This document shows, piece by piece, positions 54,743-58,430 of a stretch of DNA of 58,430 nt. The stretch's first letter is position 1. Each line of letters starts with the position of its first letter. Source of the DNA: an uncultured archaeon (GTDB taxonomy: Archaea > Aenigmatarchaeota > Aenigmatarchaeia > CG10238-14 > SCSR01); the NCBI GenBank assembly GCA_964645905.1, contig CAZYBR010000001.1:1-58430 (forward strand), read 5' to 3'. Below the pieces are notes generated by a model. The model saw only the letters and a list, made by a program, of their open reading frames with translations, was not told the DNA's origin and did no database searches. The position numbers and the translations under genes were made by a program.

Positions 54743-55672
54743 TTAACTACCTTCAAATTTCTTATGAGCTAATTTGAGCTTGTTAGTCCTTCCAAGCCTA
54801 GTAACCTCGATAAGACCCCGCTCTTGCAGCCTTTTCACAACCCTGGAAACCTTGGCTTTAGAGAGATTCGTCTCAGCGACAACCTTTCTCTGGTTCAGTT
54901 CACCGCCTGCAGCAGTTATCACTTCTACAACTTTCCTTTCAAAGTCGTCCAAGACCGAAAGTATGACCTCTTTAGGCTTCTTTATCCGCCTGTAGAAGAA
55001 GAAACCCAACCCACCTAGCACTAGGGCCGATATGATTATTACTGATATCACTAACATCGAAGACTGTTTTTGAACAGGCTCGTACAGGACTTGCAACTTG
55101 AAAGGCTGCTCTGCAGTGATATTGGCGATATTCCAGTTTACAATAATCCTTCTTCCGTCGCTTAGGATGCTATCAGTAGGTGGATATATAGCAGGCACAA
55201 CCGAATTGTTCGCAAGGGCATATCCTTCTGGCAACTTTACTGCCGCAGATGCCTGGGCAATGCTCTGGCTGATCGAAAGGTCTACGCTAAACAGTTTTTT
55301 TGTATCCAACGACTTGATTAAATCAACTGTCTCGAACTTGAGCTCCAATGTCCTTTTTTCACCGGTCAGATTCATCCTGCAATCGATTATGCTAGCACCG
55401 CCGGATTTCACTTCACAGTCTACCGGGCCTGAATTACTTGTACCTTCAACATTTGCGACTGCACCAAAGACAGCCAGCTGAAATTGTTTTGTCGGCTGCT
55501 CAAATGTGATTGTAAGCTTGATCTTTGCATTATCATTGTCACTAAGATCGGTGTCGACAGCATAGAATTGTATATCCGCATACGATATCGATACAAATGA
55601 CAAAAATGAAACAATTGACACCATGACTGAAACAATCTGAAACAGTTTCACATTATTAAGGTGTTTTGCCAC
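54743..55672 (-). CDS. Single-pass membrane protein: extracytoplasmic domain, TM helix, cytoplasmic MarR-like winged helix
   Basis: Signal-like N-terminus, TM helix MLVISVIIISALVLGGLGFFFY followed by RRIKKPK. Then FERKVVEVITAAGGELNQRKVVAETNLSKAKVSRVVKRLQERGLIEV (wHTH). The track start is GTG. Confidence 0.6.
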   Translation of the reverse strand: MAKHLNNVKLFQIVSVMVSIVSFLSFVSISYADIQFYAVDTDLSDNDNAKIKLTITFEQPTKQFQLAVFGAVANVEGTSNSGPVDCEVKSGGASIIDCRMNLTGEKRTLELKFETVDLIKSLDTKKLFSVDLSISQSIAQASAAVKLPEGYALANNSVVPAIYPPTDSILSDGRRIIVNWNIANITAEQPFKLQVLYEPVQKQSSMLVISVIIISALVLGGLGFFFYRRIKKPKEVILSVLDDFERKVVEVITAAGGELNQRKVVAETNLSKAKVSRVVKRLQERGLIEVTRLGRTNKLKLAHKKFEGS

Positions 55673-55675
55673 TAT

Positions 55676-56764
55676 TTATGTCTTGCCATCAGAGACAAAA
55701 TTCAACCTAAACCCGCAAGACGGGCACCTATTCTCGATGATTTTGCTCTTCTTTACAAGCCCGTTCTTCCTTTCCACGACAAGCTCCCTGCAATTGTGGC
55801 AAAATGTGTTCTCCTCTTCATGTGGAGGCGTGGAATGAATATAAACATATCTCAGGCCCTCCCTCTTGCATTCCTCAGCAAACCTCTCCAAAACAGCTGT
55901 AGGCGTAGGCGGTATGGCATCCAATTCACCGCCCTGATATTGGATCAGGTGTAGAGGTGTCTCTGCCCCGAGCTCGTGGCTTATCCACGCTGCCAGCTTC
56001 CTACAGTCTTCCAGATTGTCCCCTATCTGAGGCACTATGAGATTTGTTATCTCGATGAAGAGCTTCTGCTTGTGCATCTGCTTCAATGTAGCTAAAATTG
56101 CCGACACGTTCTTGATTGACATGTATTTCTCATATAAGGACTGGTTCAGGGAGCCGAATATCTTCACTGTCACAGCGTCCAGAAACTTGCCCAATTTCTT
56201 GATAGGCTCTTCGGTAGTATATCCGTTGGTGACCAGCGTGGTTTGGACATTCCCCCTGTGCGCATATCTGGCTGTCTTGAATGCGAACTCGAACCATACC
56301 ATGGGCTCTGTATAATTGAAGGTTATGGACTTGCAGTCCTTCTTTTCAGCCATCCCTACCACCTGCTCGGGGGTGTAATATTGGTACTTGGCGTCCAGGG
56401 GAAAGTCGTGCAATACCTTGTGATTAAGCTCGAAATCAGAGCAAAACGGGCTTTTGAAATTGCAGCCTGGCAGACCTACAAACAATGTATTTGAATTCGG
56501 ATTGAAGTGGAACAAATTGCTCTTTTCTATCTTTTCGACGTTCATGCCGATCACTCTGCCGAAATTAAGAGCGGCGAGCTTGCCGTCACGGTTCTCTCTC
56601 GTACCTGAAAAATCAGTCTTTCCCCTGGCTATGAAATCTTCACGGGCAGAGACAGAATCGCGTATCCCATGCCTGTCCTTGCGCCAGAATTGTGCTTCTT
56701 CTATTTCTTCCTTTATTTTGGCTATAGAATCCCCTTGAATAAGACTATTATATATGAACGCCAA
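55676..56764 (-). CDS. AmmeMemoRadiSam/PflA-like radical-SAM-fold protein with a degenerate cluster motif
   Basis: ...IEKSNLFHFNPNSNTLFVGLPGCNFKSPFCSDFEL aligns with the family GCN..C..C region but reads C-x3-S-x2-C. C-terminal CHNC...CPSC ribbon is present. TTG start in the track. Confidence 0.55.
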   Translation of the reverse strand: MAFIYNSLIQGDSIAKIKEEIEEAQFWRKDRHGIRDSVSAREDFIARGKTDFSGTRENRDGKLAALNFGRVIGMNVEKIEKSNLFHFNPNSNTLFVGLPGCNFKSPFCSDFELNHKVLHDFPLDAKYQYYTPEQVVGMAEKKDCKSITFNYTEPMVWFEFAFKTARYAHRGNVQTTLVTNGYTTEEPIKKLGKFLDAVTVKIFGSLNQSLYEKYMSIKNVSAILATLKQMHKQKLFIEITNLIVPQIGDNLEDCRKLAAWISHELGAETPLHLIQYQGGELDAIPPTPTAVLERFAEECKREGLRYVYIHSTPPHEEENTFCHNCRELVVERKNGLVKKSKIIENRCPSCGFRLNFVSDGKT

Positions 56765-56779
56765 AAGTAATAAAACGAT

Positions 56780-56867
56780 GCCTCAGTAGCTCAGTCGGCA
56801 GAGCATACCATTAGGGCTCAATCGCTTCGTAAGCGAGAGGTCATGGGTTCAAGTCCCATCTGAGGCT
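56780..56867 (+). tRNA. tRNA-Thr(CGU) with a 15-nt intron at non-canonical position 27/28
   Basis: GCCTCAG TA GCTC AGTCGGCA GAGC A T[ACCATTAGGGCTCAA]TCGC TTCGTAA GCGAG AGGTC ATGGG TTCAAGT CCCAT CTGAGGC T. Removing 15 nt restores a 73-nt cloverleaf. Confidence 0.8.
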
Positions 56868-56953
56868 CTGTACCTAGAATGACACTTTGTGGGCTCACAC
56901 GCACCTTGCGTCCTGCGCATAAATTTTTTATATCGCAACACAACTGGAAATTA

Positions 56954-57358
56954 TCAATGTCTTAGAGGAACTACTTTCAATTGTGAAATTTTGAAGTCCT
57001 TAACATTGTCTGTAAGGATTGGTATCCTGAGGTCTGCGGCTTGTGCGGCAATAAGTGCGTCATTGATTCTCATCATGTGGCTGGCACCGAGGCTTACTGC
57101 AGTCTTGGCTATTGCCTCCTCGATGGGAACATATGTCAAGAATTCAGACTCGAGCATCTTGCTCACTCTTAGTTCCGCTTCTTTGGCACCAAGCAACATG
57201 CTGAGTTTGTGGTACACCTCCGAAATAATGATGATATTTGTGGCCAGGCCTTCTTCTCGCCTTTTTGCGATTGCCTCTTTTGCCAGCACATGCTCAGGAT
57301 AGTTGACCATGTTCAGGAATATCCAAACGTTCGAATCGACCATGATCAAGGCAACCAC
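56954..57358 (-). CDS. vapC: PIN-domain toxin (VapC)
   Basis: MVDSNVWIF..., ...IIIISEVYHKL..., ...NDALIAAQAADLRIPILTDNVKDF give the PIN acidic residues in the usual order. Confidence 0.75.
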   Translation of the reverse strand: MVALIMVDSNVWIFLNMVNYPEHVLAKEAIAKRREEGLATNIIIISEVYHKLSMLLGAKEAELRVSKMLESEFLTYVPIEEAIAKTAVSLGASHMMRINDALIAAQAADLRIPILTDNVKDFKISQLKVVPLRH

Positions 57359-57699
57359 ATTTCATCTTCAACTTTTTCCAGATCCACCTTTTTGATCCTT
57401 TTAGGGTCGGCTCTTGCCGGGTGCATCATGAGCCATTCCAGAGAATCTTTTTCTCGTCTCCGCAAGCTTTTTCGAAGCGACTGAATAACCAGCGAGTGCT
57501 TTTTCAGTTTCACGGTGACTGGCACCCTCCTAGAAAGACGCATCGCTCTCCTTGCTTCCTTCGGAATTGTCACTCTCCATTTATCATCGATGGTTGTTAT
57601 AGACAAGGAATCACAATAGATGTTAGTTTCCGAGACATATAAATATTGACCCACATTCTGTGGGTCGAACTCCTGGTAGGATGCAAGGTCAGCGTACAC
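57346..57699 (-). CDS. vapB: AbrB/SpoVT-type antitoxin (VapB)
   Basis: DDKWRVTIPKEARRAMRL is an AbrB-type swapped-hairpin motif. Overlaps vapC by 13 nt. The track start is GTG. A TTG at 57606 (LSITTIDDKW) would give a more typical length. Confidence 0.6.
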   Translation of the reverse strand: MYADLASYQEFDPQNVGQYLYVSETNIYCDSLSITTIDDKWRVTIPKEARRAMRLSRRVPVTVKLKKHSLVIQSLRKSLRRREKDSLEWLMMHPARADPKRIKKVDLEKVEDEMWLP

Positions 57700-57719
57700 G
57701 GGCTCCCGTGGCTGTCGCC

Positions 57720-58406
57720 CTAGGCGTCTCGCTCATCTGAGGCTTTCAATTCATAAGCTCTATAAACTCTTCTATCATCTCGTTTGCTTGTTAATCTGGC
57801 AATACTCGTATATGTAAAATTATGTTCACCGAATATTCTTTCTATTTCACCTAAAGGTTCCCATTCAGCTACACTAATCAAGACCTTCCCTGATTTACTT
57901 AAATATTGTGTGCACCCATCTAGAAACTCAGGAAGTATTCTGCCACTAGGATCAGAAAACCCGTATTCTGCTAGACTTTCCATCTTTTTGCCTCCATAGT
58001 CATCACGAAATGGAGGATTAAAAATAATCAAATCGAAAAGTTCTCTTTTAGGAACCTCTGAAAACAGATCACTTCTTATTGCCGTTATATTGGATACACC
58101 ATATTTGTCCAAGTTTAATCTTGCATTTTTTACGGCATCTGGATTCATATCTACCGCATAACCAACTCCACCTTGTAAACCTCCGATGAGTGCTAATACG
58201 CCAGTTCCTGTTCCCATGTCGATTATGTTGGTTCCTTTCTGGATACGAATCAATTCCGCCAGCAATTCAGATGGTGTGCTGGGCGGGAATACTTTTGGAA
58301 GGACAGTTATCTCATAGCCTAGAAAATCTAGGTTATAAGGATCTGTAGTCAACATCTTTTTTAAGAGTACCTCTCTGTCCTGACTCACAAAATCCGGCGT
58401 CGTCAT
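57720..58406 (-). CDS. Class I SAM-dependent methyltransferase (HemK/PrmC/Mtq2-like, NPPF)
   Basis: Motif I IIDMGTGTGVLAL and motif IV IIFNPPF. Confidence 0.7.
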   Translation of the reverse strand: MTTPDFVSQDREVLLKKMLTTDPYNLDFLGYEITVLPKVFPPSTPSELLAELIRIQKGTNIIDMGTGTGVLALIGGLQGGVGYAVDMNPDAVKNARLNLDKYGVSNITAIRSDLFSEVPKRELFDLIIFNPPFRDDYGGKKMESLAEYGFSDPSGRILPEFLDGCTQYLSKSGKVLISVAEWEPLGEIERIFGEHNFTYTSIARLTSKRDDRRVYRAYELKASDERDA

Positions 58407-58430
58407 TAATCTCCTTTAGATGTTACCAAT

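Overview
This 58.4-kb window looks archaeal and moderately AT-rich. The gene content suggests a small-genome, uncultivated (DPANN-like) lineage, but that is inference. All protein calls come from motifs I recognised in the supplied translations; no homology search was run.

Core content:
- A complete A1Ao ATP synthase operon in the canonical order atpH-I-K-E-C-F-A-B-D (1.9-9.8 kb, minus strand).
- A Hef helicase and an XPF nuclease encoded as two coupled ORFs.
- A type IA topoisomerase, and a Cdc48/VCP AAA+ ATPase interrupted by a 503-aa LAGLIDADG intein.
- RNase HI, MinD/ParA, Pth2, a Dph6-like PP-loop ATPase, a PyrF-like protein, a processive GT2 glycosyltransferase, two DedA/VTT membrane proteins, an S-layer protein and a VapBC pair.
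- Four tRNA genes. None is colinear with a canonical cloverleaf: Ser has an 11-nt intron at 37/38, Gly has about 11 extra nt in the D arm, Thr has 15 nt at 27/28, and Gln has two introns.

Accessory content:
- A partial type IIG-like R-M gene at the left edge, missing from the ORF track because it runs off the window.
- Two free-standing LAGLIDADG ORFs.
- A visibly lower-GC block at about 20.5-33.2 kb.

Main candidate: inside that block, an 8.3-kb island is bracketed by ~113-bp inverted repeats that run up to the start codons of its two inward-facing end genes. The island holds a HEPN-like (Rx4H) gene with an abutting partner, a DDE transposase, a coupled wHTH + Zn-ribbon + type III Mod/Res operon, and a TIR-like protein. 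I consider this the best candidate for an undescribed defence or mobile system.

Other oddities:
- An archaeosortase-like protein with Ser at the nucleophile Cys position.
- A radical-SAM-like protein with CX3SX2C instead of CX3CX2C.
- A 949-aa secreted protein with seven tandem 4-Cys modules.
- A frameshifted Tat-signal gene.
- A membrane-tethered wHTH protein next to the S-layer gene.

I saw no rRNA genes and no CRISPR array.
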